Of a DNA stretch of 64,000 nt, positions 1 through 12,267 are shown piece by piece (within the stretch, counting starts at the first letter, position 1; the number at the start of each line of letters is the position of its first letter). The notes beneath the pieces were generated by a model. That model was given only the letters and a program-made list of their open reading frames with translations. It was not told the origin of the DNA and made no database searches. The stretch covers positions 21,962,044-22,026,043 of the forward strand of contig NC_069006.1 in the NCBI RefSeq assembly GCF_001194135.2, in the 5' to 3' direction. The DNA comes from Octopus bimaculoides (lineage: Eukaryota). Made by a program: the position numbers and the translations under genes.

Positions 1-1101
1 AATGGAATGTCTTTCATCTCATTGTGCTGATTGGAGAAGTTCTACATGATTGCGTTGCATGCTAAAAATAACAATGAAATGTCTCTGTAAAGTTGAATTT
101 GGCAGAATTTGAACTCAGAATGTAAACCAGGAGAAATTCTGAAAAGAATTTTGTCTGACATACTGAAGATTCTGCAAGTTATTTTCACAATTACTTACAA
201 ATTATAATTAAACTGATTTCTAAAACTACTACCCACAAACAATTACCAAAATATTGTTATATTTTGGGATGATCATTTATTTTTCTTGTCAAGTAAACAT
301 ATGCACTATATATTTGTTCTTCACTTGTTTATTATTATTATTTTTTTTTTATGTCCATTCTGGACTAAACAAAACAGGAAGAGACATGTGGGATGGAAGA
401 GTCACTGAGGAGATCACAGATGTGTGATGAAAGATTTCCAGACAATGGACATAAGATAAAATAAGAACAATAATAAATGAGTGAAGGACAGAGTGCATGT
501 GTTTATTTGACAAAAAAGAAGGAACAAACAAAAGGAAACAAAACAAATGGCCATCCCGAAATACAATATCTGTTTCAACACACGATTTCATATCAGGAAT
601 CTTGGAAAACAAATTCATAAACGTAGTTACCAAACATTCAATAACTCATTCTCAGTTTATATTTTCTCAGCACATGTCAGCCTCACAAAGCTGAAATGGT
701 ATTTTGAATATTTTGGTAATAGCAGGGGCTGTTTAAAATTTCCCCTACAATTATCTTAACTACAAATGTTTGTAATTTAATTCCAGGCAACAATATGCTT
801 TGTAATTTAATTCTAGCTAACCAACAAAAGTTCAAGTTAAACATTTCAGGCCCTAATGAAGTCAATATAATTAATACTTTGACTTCATTAGAGCCTGAAA
901 AGGCACAGGCCTGTGCCTTCTTTTTTAAAGAACTACATAATAAAATAAGAGATAATTTCAATTTTAAAGAATATTTAGCTTCCTTTAAAATTCAATTCTT
1001 GAAAGAAGAAAATTACATTTTTGGTCGTGAGCTGTACTAGTTCTGCAAGTGATTTGATTTGAGACCATGTTTTGAAAACACACAAAGACTGTTAACTTCA
1101 C

Positions 1102-1319
1102 TTAACACTTTTGTTACCATACTTCAGTTAAATTGTCTCCATTAATTTTTTAGATAATGAAGATTTTAATAAAATAACTTTCTCATTGTTAAGCTGGGAT
1201 CTGGAACAAATTAGCATAAAATTTTGATGGAAGATTATAATTTAGACCACTTTAAGACAGTAAGTTTATGTCATAGAACCTGGGGCAGCTTTAAGTGGAT
1301 TGGTATCAAAAGGGTTGAA
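1102..1319 (+). mobile_element. piggyBac-like MITE (TTAA...AAGGGTTAA type)
   Basis: Starts TTAACACTTTTGTTACCAT and ends ATCAAAAGGGTTGAA. The same family recurs at 14328-15150. Confidence 0.65.
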
Positions 1320-2120
1320 CAAGGCACAGGAGTCTAAATTATAATCTAATTATAACATCATGGCTAACATCAATAACACTAGCAAAAACAGCAACCTGTT
1401 ACTGGTTCAAGCCAATCAGGGAACTTGTCAGTGGTTGGTCAAGTTGTTTGAAGTTGTAGCTAAATACCCCTCATATGACACATTACTGCCTTTAGAAGAG
1501 GAAGGATACAGTAGATAATATAGTCTAAGATAAACTATGCTAAGAAAATTTATATAAAAAAAACCCAGCATGGCTACGACTTGAACTTATATGCTTACCA
1601 GGATTAACCTGGGGCTAAAAAACAATAGAAGCTGCCAGCACTGCCACTACCAGCACCACTACCACTCCTACCACCATTGCCAGCAGCAGCAATACCACTA
1701 CCACCATGGTAACTGCTGGTACCACCACCACCACCACCACCATCAATTACTGTCACGTTAAGTTTAAAAGTTAAACAAATTGCCAAATTATTTGGTTTCA
1801 CATATTTCTGATAATATTGATCTCTTGAGACCAGCAATGTATTTATGTTTTCTGACGATTAATCCGATAAACTGATTGATTTTAACCTATTGTCAACAAA
1901 GGATGCTGACAAAAAATATAACATAAAACACAAATATTGAGCCTCCATGTAGTCACTTTTCAATATGCTAGAAATAGCTACCAAATCTTCCTTAAATCAC
2001 AAAAAAAGAACAGAAAATAATGTAGTCCTGAATTATCATTTGATGCCCAATCATCTCTACTTCCTTAGAAAAATGTTTTTGCCACATTTAAAAAAATAAT
2101 TCTTTCTAATTTTGGTACTG

Positions 2121-2340
2121 TGGAGGAGTATGGCTAAGTGGTTAGGGTATAGTCATAAAATCGTAGTTTTAATTCCTGGACCGGGTGATAGGTTGGGTTC
2201 ATTTCATGTTGATCCAGTCAACTGAGCTGGCAAAAGTGAGTAATCTTGCGACAGACTGGTATTCCATCCAGGTGGGGGTTAATATATATGCCATGGAAAC
2301 TGGCAAACTAGCCCTATAAGTCTGTATGACTCAGGGAGAA
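2121..2340 (+). mobile_element. tRNA-headed SINE
   Basis: A-box-like TGGCTAAGTGGT and degenerate B-box, followed by CTTGCGACAGACTGGTATTCCATCCAGG. Confidence 0.6.
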
Positions 2341-2347
2341 TCTTTAT

Positions 2348-2790
2348 CCTCTGTCCTTAATTTTGGTACAAGACCAGCAAATATGAATGGAGTGGGGTAA
2401 GTTGATTACATCAACCCCAGTGCTCAACTAGTACTTATTTTATAGACTTTGAAAGGATGAAAGGTAAAGCTGATTTCTGTGGGATTTAAGTTTAGAAAGT
2501 AAAGAGCCAGAAGTGCCACTAAGCATTTTGCCTGATGCATTAATGATTCAGCCAGCTTGCTGCCTTCATAATGATAAAAATTCTTTCTAATATTGGCACT
2601 AAGCCAGCAATTTGGGGAGGAAGGGTTTTAGTTAATTACATCAACTTTTGTATATGACTTTATTTCATCAACCCCAAAAGGATAAAAAGCAAAGCTGACT
2701 TTGGCAGAATTTGAACTCAAAAAGTAAAAGAACCAGGAAAAAATGCTGCCAAGTCTTTTGTCTGACATGCTAACAAATCTGCCAGTTTTC
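2348..2790 (-). mobile_element. Two tandem copies of a ~220 bp tRNA-headed SINE (family A)
   Basis: Repeated GATTACATCAACCCCAGTGCTCAACT...GGATGAAAGG...GAATTTGAACTC. Other copies at ~90-180, 5245-5805, 15280-15495 and 46625-46830, and in opposite orientation at 54520-54925. Confidence 0.75.
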
Positions 2791-3310
2791 TATTCTTTAT
2801 TTGAAAGAAAAAAAGGAAAGAAACGTAATAAATTTTGAATATTTAATTAAAAATGAAATACGAAACTAAAATAGAAAACGCTTACTCATATTCAATAATT
2901 ACAAGCAATTTGATGAATGTTCATTAAAATTATGCAATTCTTATCTAACCTTGAACCTTATGCTCCAATATGAAATGAGAAAAATTAAGGAGTAAAATGA
3001 TAATTTTGCTTGCAGGTCACAATGTTCACAGATGTTGTGGCATTGTCTATTTTTAGTCAAAAGCCCATAAGTGTTTGAAATTAGATGATAGAAAATGGAA
3101 CTAAATTCTATAAAGCATTTAATGCATTGTTTCAATGATTTTGTATTCTGATTGACATGTTGATCCCCTTTTTACCAAGACATTATTTTTAATTCACCAG
3201 CGCAATTCACATCCCACTGTATAACTCGTTGAACATATATATGCTACCCAATCACAAAACAGATAGTCATCACCCAATGCTATAATGCCACCCAAACACA
3301 CAGTCTACTC

Positions 3311-3400
3311 CAGTGGTTCTCAACCATTTATTGACTATGGACCTCTTTGATTCCGAGTTTACTCGTGTGGACCTTCATAGCCAGTCGATGTTTAAATAAT
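3311..3400 (+). mobile_element. hAT (Charlie-like) non-autonomous element end
   Basis: Begins with the CAGTGGTTCTCAACC terminal motif. Matching right end not seen. Confidence 0.45.
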
Positions 3401-4254
3401 TAACATGCAAGTGGTTGAGCACTCCACAAACACGTGTACCCTTAATGTAGTTCTCAGGGAGATTCAGCATGACACAGAATGTGACAAGGCTGGCCCTTTT
3501 GAATTACAGGTACAACTCATTTTTGTCAGCTGAGTGGACTGGAGCAATGTTAGAATGGGACATCTGGGTGCAACTGTTTGTATGCTGATGATTTGGCATG
3601 GCTGAATGGATCTGCATTTATTTTGGCAGTGGAAGTAAACACACACAGAAATATATCATCATTATCATTATAAATAAGGGAACTATAATATAGAAACTTC
3701 TAGTTAACTATTGGAAATAAAGCTTTGCATAAGGACGACACATCATATAAGATACAAAAAAAAAAAGATAGAATCAAAACAAAATTCCAAATATACTAAA
3801 GGAGAAATGGAGGGAGAAAAACCACACCATGGCCAATACCCTCCATGACTTGACAGAGAGGAAGTAAGTCAGTGTGAAAGCTAACAATGGTTCAAAAGCT
3901 CTGGGATAAATGTAGAAATGGAAGGTCTAATTTTAGTGGTACAGGATCAATGCCAACCATAAACAACTATAGGAATGAAATAATGAAACAACAGGCTAAC
4001 AACGAATGTAGACTGTTAACAGCACAAAAATAATTGAACACACCATTTCTGGCAGTTCAAAGACAGAACATATACACTTATATACACTTACACAACTGAA
4101 TCAACTGCTGTGTCCACTGGGTAATATGCCAACATATTGATGTGAAAACTGAGAAGTGGTATAAGCATGCACTAATCGTGTATGTAAATGAACTGAATAA
4201 AAGAGCATGAGATAGGTTTCTTCAAATTCTCAAGGAGACCAGAGCAAACTGTCC

Positions 4255-4419
4255 ATAGGCATAGGTATGACTACACGGCAAAGAAACTGACTTTGCAACC
4301 ATGTGGTTTCTGGTTCAGTCTCACTGTACAGCACTTTGATCAAATGTCTTCTACTATAGACCCAGGTTGACAAATGCCTTGTGAGTGAATTTGGAACATG
4401 GAAACTGTGCGAAAGTCTG

Positions 4420-4459
<40 letters not shown>

Positions 4460-4870
4460 TTGTGCCTCCACCACCACTTGACAACTATGTTGATTTGTTT
4501 ATGATGGAATGCTGAAAAGTTCCTGGTTTTGGGTAAAAGAAAATACAGGAGGATCTGTTAATTATGATTTTATCCAACATACTCCCCACTTGGATTCAAA
4601 CACTTATTGCAGCAATCTTTCAGTTTTTCTAAGCCCGGTAAAAAAAAAAAATGAGACAGTTGGGCCTCCAGCCAGGCCTTTCGTGATACCCTTAAAGCCA
4701 GGAACTTTTCAGCACCATCTCGTATGCCTTCATAACCTAGTATTTCAATAATGGAAACCAATGGTATAAGAAGTAGACTTAAAAACATATGTACTAGAGT
4801 CAAACTCTTTGACTGAAACCCTGTTGAGGTCATGCCTCAGCATGGCAGCAGTCCAATAACTAAGATAAAA
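4255..4870 (+). mobile_element. tRNA-headed SINE (family D) with internal (TG)n, carrying a nested MITE
   Basis: CATGTGGTTTCTGGTTCAGTC...GTCTTCTACTATAG... core. Many further copies, e.g. 13690-13850, 16940-17080, 21630-21860, 33320-33460, 43720-43890, 45680-45825, 51260-51420. Confidence 0.7.
4500..4724. mobile_element. Mariner-type MITE with TA ends
   Basis: TIRs TATGATGGAATGCTGAAAAGTTCCTGG and CCAGGAACTTTTCAGCACCATCTCGTA. TA at both ends. Interrupts a SINE. Confidence 0.8.
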
Positions 4871-5244
4871 GATATCATATCATCAAAGATGAGAATGAGA
4901 TTTGCTGTACTTTGATAGATAAGTTGATTTTTCTGACTAAAGAATTGCCTGGAGGAAGATGAAGAAGTTGTTAAAATAGCAGAATCATAAAATAGCCATA
5001 AATGGGATGTGGGTTACAAAGGTATGGACACTAACACTATTGACTGGAGTACTAACTTCAATAAGAATGAGCAACAAGGAAAGCATAAACAACAATAATA
5101 GAGGCTTACAACTTAACACACAGTATATAAATAATTAAATAAATGAATAAATAACACATGCTCTGCATAGCCAACGTTCTATGAAGAACACTTTTTATTC
5201 TGAAGTACAATCCACAAAGTACACTTTCAGCACAACCCACACAA

Positions 5245-5805
5245 CAAACTGACTTTGGTAGGATTTGAACTGAAAATGTTATGAACTAAAACAACTACTG
5301 CAAGGCCATTTTCTCAATGATCTAATGCTCCTACCAATCCACCTTAATAATAATAATGGTTTCAAATGTTTCCACAAGGGCAGGAATTTTGGGTGAGGGG
5401 TTAAAGTCAATTACATTGACCCCAGTGCAAAACTGGTACTTATTTCATCGACCCTGAAAGGATGAAAGGCAAAGCCAATCTCAGCAGCATTTGAACACAG
5501 AGCATGAAGACAGATGAAATACCACTAAGCATTTTGCCTGGCATGCTATTGATTCTGCCTGCTTGCTGCCTTAAGAATAGAAATAATAATAATAATTCTT
5601 TCTACTATAGACACATGGCCTAAATTTTGAGGGATAGGGTTAGCTGACTACATCTACGCCAGTATTTGACCGGTATTTTACATTATCAACCCAGGAGGGA
5701 TGAAAGACAAAACTGACTTTTGCATGATCAGAACATAAAAACTTGGAGCAAATGCAACAAAGCATTTCATCTGATGCTCTAACAATTCTGCTAATCTACC
5801 ACCTT
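5245..5805 (-). mobile_element. Three head-to-tail family A SINE copies separated by (AAT)n
   Basis: Copies at ~5245-5345 (truncated), 5357-5572 and 5596-5805. Confidence 0.75.
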
Positions 5806-5828
5806 AATAATAATAATGATGATGATGA

Positions 5829-5859
<31 letters not shown>

Positions 5860-7783
5860 AAGACGATGACGACGATGAAGAATGTTAATAATATTAATTA
5901 TTATTCTTATTAAAATACCAAACATCAAATGTTTCAGTTTTTATTTTTATATTTTTGCTTTTTTTTTATTGTTAAACTTCTCTAATTTCACATATAACAC
6001 TTATTTAATCAAATTCTATTTCCACTCAGTATTTGCAATTCCACTTCAACTTGTTATCACTTGCATTTATTAAAAGTTGAACCATAATTTGTGTGGTCTA
6101 TCAAAGCAACTTGTACGTGCTTGCTCTTTGATCTTACTAATGTTAATATAACCACTATACAAAAGAATTTTCCTTCAATAGAGTTTCATCTAATTAAGCA
6201 AACACGCCAGTCTATTTATTAAGCTTCCATCATATTCTGTAACCATCTTAAAATTGTACACCCCAACATCATTTATGAATCTTTTATATATATATATATT
6301 TTTTTTCTTCTTTAAAAATCCTGTAACATCTTTTCTCCTTGCCCCCTTATCTCACTTCACCTCACCTTTCACATTTTCCTTCATGTCTATGATTTGTAAC
6401 TATACAATATTTATTTTATATCACCTGCAATTTTTTTTTTGTATTATTGCTTTTTTTTTCTCTCTCTCTTTTAAACTCAGGTTTAAGAGATTCTTTTAAA
6501 AAATTTTCTAACTTGTTTAATGAATTGAAAATTTATTAAATGATGATAATTAAAATAATGTATTCATGAAGATATCTAAATTATAGATTTTATGTTTCAT
6601 ATTTTTTCATGTTAATATGTAAATTTTATTATTTTATTTTCATTTTTGCATTTTCTGGTAAGTTCTAAAATAAATTATCCTTATTATTAATCATATTTTA
6701 TATTGGAAATGTGATTGACATACTTTAGAACAACTTTCGATACACAGGACTCCCTCAATATTACATTAGAATGAATGGCTTTTTCTAAAAGGAATTTTTG
6801 ATAATCTTATACTTTAGAATTAATTATAACGTAGACAACCATAATTAAAACTAGGCAAATCTCTTTAAACTGGATTCTTTGAAAGGTCTTGCAAATTTCT
6901 GTGTAAGTTTTCAAGTATCACTTCATTTAAATGAGCAAACTTTTTTTCAGTTTAATTTCAAAATTTGTGATTACAGATAATTTTAATATATTTTATTCAA
7001 CTTTTTTTGTTTTGTTTGATTTTTTTTTTTTTTTGATTTTGCAATAGAAAATTTTATATATTCAAGTGAGATCTAAAAATTTGCAAATGAATAATTATTT
7101 TTGCCATATTCTAGAATCGATAACTTCATTGAATTTTTTCCTCTGTTGTGATGTGATGTGATCTTCTAACGACTCGCAGATTAAATCGTAATAAATTTCT
7201 GCATCTTATAAATCATAATTTGATCAAGATATTTCTTTCTTTGTATGGTAATCTCTCAGCAGATATGAGGAGTTACATACTAGGACAAGTAGTTATCACG
7301 CTATCTGTCGTGTAAGAAGTGAATCTGATTCTATTATGACAGAATTTGTTAATAACGATCATTTACAGATAGTCTATGATAGACAATGACAAGAAATTTC
7401 TGACACAAGCATTTAACAAATTTAATTTTGTATATGGGATATGTAAATGTAAACGTCTGCTAAGCTTGTGGGGTTTTTAAGGTTTAGTGATTAACTCCAG
7501 TTTTATTGTGTTAAACAGATAACTGCTAAATCTTCCTCATGGGTGCACAAAGACATAAATGTTATAAAAGTGGTTTATAATCTCACTCCTATTCACTTCT
7601 CTTCAGCTCTAGACAGGCTTCAACAAACTTCCAGTGGGTAATCTTTCTCCACAAATATGATAACTATATGGAAGAAGGTTTACAAACAAGAAACCTGATC
7701 TAGAGGCAAAGTGAATCACGAGATTTTAAATAGACTCCATCACATAGGTTAAGTTCATTATTACCTTTCTCTGTGTGTGTATA

Positions 7784-7817
<34 letters not shown>

Positions 7818-8847
7818 TATGAGTGGCAACTTGGCAGAATCATTAGCATGCTAGACAAAATGCTAAACAGCATTTCATCCATCCTTACATTCTGAGTTCC
7901 AATTCCATTGAGGGCAACTTTTCCTTTCATCCTTTTGGGGTCAATAAAATAAGCACTGGATTCAATGTAATCAACTTAATTACTCCTGGGTAAGAGAATG
8001 AAAACTGTGCCCCTTTGCAAAGCCATGTTGAGCCAGTGTGGTGGAGCAGACTCATCAAACAGTGTGATCTCAAGTTCAAATTCACATTAGACCGTGGTTG
8101 GTGGAGAGCACATGCCAAAGCCTTCATCTTGTAGTGAAGTGAATATAGACAATTCAATCCAATATATATGTACGCACACACATATATGTATGTATTTATA
8201 TACAGATAGCTACATAGGAGAACAGGGATGGTAGGAGCAATCAGAAAACAAGCATCAGATAGTGAAATTAGACAGAAGAATATAAAGTGGAGAGCAAGGA
8301 TAAACCACCTATTGGGTGCAAAGAAAAGAAAACCAAAATGAATGCACAAACACAGAAACTGGTCAAAATAAATGGACAGAATATGATTTCATAAGTATGA
8401 GAGGACATGAAAAAACCCCTTTTAGCAAGAACCATATATAACCTATAACATGAATAATAGAAAGCTTTGTAAAAGCAATAAATGCTTTAAAAAGATCATA
8501 TAATGATCAAATGTGATAGTTGGAACGGATCAATAGACCAAAGATTGAACCTGCAACGACAGGGTTGTAAAGAGTAATTTCAGTCATTTGACAACAGCCA
8601 TGCTGAGGCTTCACCTTCAATGCTATATAATCAATTATATCGATCACAGTATTTGTAGTCTGGGAAGTTATCTCAACAGTAGTAGTAGTAGTAGTGAAGT
8701 GGACCATATGCTTGATCCATTACACTTAGATGACAATTGTCTACGCTGTCCACACGACATTTTAATTACTTCCCCCAAATTGAACATAAAAACTTTCTCC
8801 TCTGCTTATTGTCCATCATATAATCATAATTTTACAATGGAAATTTG

Positions 8848-8890
<43 letters not shown>

Positions 8891-9155
8891 CAATAAGTCA
8901 GACAGACAATGAGAAAGAGAAGGAAAACAAAAACGAAAAGAAATGAAACCAACACAAAAATATAAAGGAAATAAAAATAAAAAAAATTTCCGGCACAAAA
9001 AAATTTAAAAAAAAATAAAACCCCACCTCAACAAAAAAAAAAAAAGAAAATAAATAGTGCCGCTATTTAAGTCGTTAATGCCAAACTAAGATTATATTAA
9101 GCTTGACAAAAGTAAAGAATATAGATTACAATATACATACTTGTGTATGTGTGTG

Positions 9156-9211
<56 letters not shown>

Positions 9212-9717
9212 CATATATATATTATATAAATACATACATATACACATCTATGTATATATGGTAAAAGAAGGGTGATCATGTGTGACAATATTTATTGCAA
9301 TATAACTTTCAACTAAGTCATTGTAGTATTAAGAAATAATGCATTATGCCAGCAGCTTTTATTATTATTATTATTATTATATATGCTATTACTATTATTG
9401 TTAATATTATTATTATAATTATTATTTATTTATTTATCCACTTTTCAATAGCTGGAACAATAATGTGGAAATATTATTTTATCATTTCAATGTAAAAAGA
9501 AAGGAAAAGTGATTTTTTTTTTCAATTTTATTTTATTAAATTTTTTCTTTTTTTTTTTTACTGAAATAAAAAAAAAAATTCAACTGAAGCATTTTAGTGA
9601 TAGATAGGAGAGGAAGATGATGATGAAGTAGCAGGAACAGTAGGCATGCTGACACTACCAACAGTGCCAGCAGTCAGTTCCACTGGTGCCAGAAACGGTA
9701 ACATTAAAAGTACTTAC

Positions 9718-9811
9718 CATTATTATGTTGTTCAAAAACAGATTTATATAAGCTGCGGAATGATGCACTCAAATTTTCTGGCGGTGAGTTTTCTTCCATG
9801 AATGGTAATGA
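9718..9811 (-). CDS. FOXJ3: FoxJ2/3 internal exon: [31 protein letters not shown]
   Basis: 94 nt, phase 0-1. Only this frame is open. Acceptor TTTTCTTCTTTTGTAG, donor ATG|GTAAGT. Contains [15 protein letters not shown], the conserved post-forkhead motif of FOXJ2/FOXJ3 as I recall it. Confidence 0.9.
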
Positions 9812-9855
9812 CTACAAAAGAAGAAAACAGCAAAGCTAATACATATATAGATATA

Positions 9856-9869
9856 TATACATACATACA

Positions 9870-9902
<33 letters not shown>

Positions 9903-9933
9903 ATATATATGTATGTATATATACGTATGTATG

Positions 9934-10005
<72 letters not shown>

Positions 10006-10100
10006 CACACATACATGCATACATATACATATATGCACATACACACATATATAAGTATATGTATCTATATACATATTATAAATATTTATATTCATATATA
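9856..10100. repeat. Compound (TA)n/(TG)n/(TATG)n microsatellite, representative of dozens in the window
   Basis: Directly visible. Others at 8850, 9150, 11650-12330, 20590-20740, 24190-24290, 30590-31100, 38355-38440 (GA)n, 42410-42510, 46830-46920 (AAT)n and 58100-58170. Confidence 0.95.
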
Positions 10101-11120
10101 TAAAGAGTTGAGACAGTAAATATTTACCAAGGGAAACAACATAAAAGGTCTGGTGTATTAAAATGAATATAAATTAAGATGTGTGTGTGTGTGTGTGTGT
10201 GTACATTCATATACATATATGTACACATACAGAGGTACATATGCAATATGAATGCATACATATATAAGTGGCTGTAAGCAAGCATATATCTCTATACATG
10301 TATGTATAATAAAAAGTTACAATGAATTGATAAAAATAAAAGATATATGTTAACAAAATAATAAATAATAAAATATTTATTAAATAATTTTAGTTTGCAA
10401 CCAACAGATTATAATAAAAATATATAAATGTGATTAAAACATCACACATATTTTCATAAACTCAATAATTTCATATATTCAAGAGTACCGTAGGACACAT
10501 CTATACACTGACAGACACATAAGCTTACATATATATATATATATACACGTACACACACACACACACGCAGATATATCTGCAGACAACCATTCAATTCCAT
10601 TTGCTTTACGTCTATATTTCCATGCCTGCATGGGTTAGACAAATACATTCCTGAGGCATTGTTTTAGAACTGGGTACCCCACTTTTTTTTCCACCTCTTT
10701 TTCAAGTAAAAGATTTCTTGTTCACTTTGACTTCAAAGGCATGAAATGAGTGGATGATTTGAAAACAACACTGCTTGTACGTAACAAGTTTGGAGAAACG
10801 ACACATAAAAAAACACACAGACACACTTAACAACTGGCACATACACACACACTTGCAGACATACATCTTGCATATATATATATATATGTGTGTGTGTATC
10901 ATCATCATCATCATTTATAAATGTTCTGAAAACTATTGACAGCCTTGGATTTTTTCATCTCACTCTGTTCATTTTTATATATGCTTGCTAATACATGACC
11001 TACGTTGGACTCCTTATTCATATCATTATCAAAACTATAGTCTGTCCATAGCACTTACTCAACATTATCTGATACCTTTGGGTCTTCTTGACACCAATAC
11101 CTCTCATACCCTATACATAC

Positions 11121-11175
<55 letters not shown>

Positions 11176-11678
11176 AATACATATTTGCATAGATATAGCT
11201 TGACCAATTAATTAACAAAGAGGACAAAATTCCCATGTGAAATGCAGCAGAATTTGAAAAGATAGTGATTATATTTAAAAGTTAACTGATATGCATCAAC
11301 TTGCATACTGCAAAATACAATGTCTTGAAGTTTGCATCTTTCAGTTTTACAGTGAAATTTACAGATCAAATTGGTTATTCAAAGTTTGTTTAGGTTTACT
11401 TCCTTCATGTGCATCTTGCTGAGATGAAGGACAGAAATGTTGAATGATTTAAAGCGCAGTGGCAATATATATTCAACTTAATTGTATAGGAATTTTTACT
11501 GAAGTTTACATAACATATTTTGAACAAGCCCATACTACTATTCCATCTTTTGTTTCATGGCAATTGCGTAAACTCATTCTTTCTCTGCATGTGTGTGTAT
11601 GTGTGAATATACACACACATATGTATATAGATATATAAATAAATTGATATGTGTATTTGTGTATACATATATATCTTT

Positions 11679-11757
<79 letters not shown>

Positions 11758-11823
11758 TATATATATACATACACACACATACATATATATATACATACAC
11801 ACACATACATATATATATACATA

Positions 11824-12227
11824 NNNNNNNNNNNNNNNNNNNNNNNNNNNNNNNNNNNNNNNNNNNNNNNNNNNNNNNNNNNNNNNNNNNNNNNNNNNNN
11901 NNNNNNNNNNNNNNNNNNNNNNNNNNNNNNNNNNNNNNNNNNNNNNNNNNNNNNNNNNNNNNNNNNNNNNNNNNNNNNNNNNNNNNNNNNNNNNNNNNNN
12001 NNNNNNNNNNNNNNNNNNNNNNNNNNNNNNNNNNNNNNNNNNNNNNNNNNNNNNNNNNNNNNNNNNNNNNNNNNNNNNNNNNNNNNNNNNNNNNNNNNNN
12101 NNNNNNNNNNNNNNNNNNNNNNNNNNNNNNNNNNNNNNNNNNNNNNNNNNNNNNNNNNNNNNNNNNNNNNNNNNNNNNNNNNNNNNNNNNNNNNNNNNNN
12201 NNNNNNNNNNNNNNNNNNNNNNNNNNN
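11824..12227. other. Assembly gap (N run). Other gaps: 13469-13612, 16325-16361, 25156-25562, 30713-30722, 53232-53304, 61320-61329, 62323-62505, 63270-63328
   Basis: Runs of n, mostly flanked by simple repeats. Confidence 0.99.

Positions 12228-12267
<40 letters not shown>

Larger units (their letters stand above)
3795..5205 (+). mobile_element. Decayed R4/Dong-type (RLE) non-LTR retrotransposon 3' region, split by an insertion at ~4220-4870
   Basis: Frameshifted peptides EKPHHGQYP, EMEGLILVVQDQ, CRLL..IEHTISG and VHWVICQH..KWYKH (3795-4200). After the insertion: CTLID, INGMWVTK, LCIANVL*RTL (4880-5205). The order matches the zinc knuckle plus restriction-like endonuclease region of the R4 clade. 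Confidence 0.7.

Noticed and set aside
1604-1837. Gly/Ser-rich minus-strand ORF as the FoxJ2/3 terminal exon, or a 10-nt micro-exon at 1599-1608
   Set aside because: It is a degenerate GGT tract like others in the window, has a weak acceptor, lacks any FoxJ C-terminal motif, and the micro-exon would add a stop.
11051-11110. 52-nt possible poison exon with a GTAAGT donor on the minus strand
   Set aside because: The acceptor lies in a (TATG)n microsatellite without a polypyrimidine tract.
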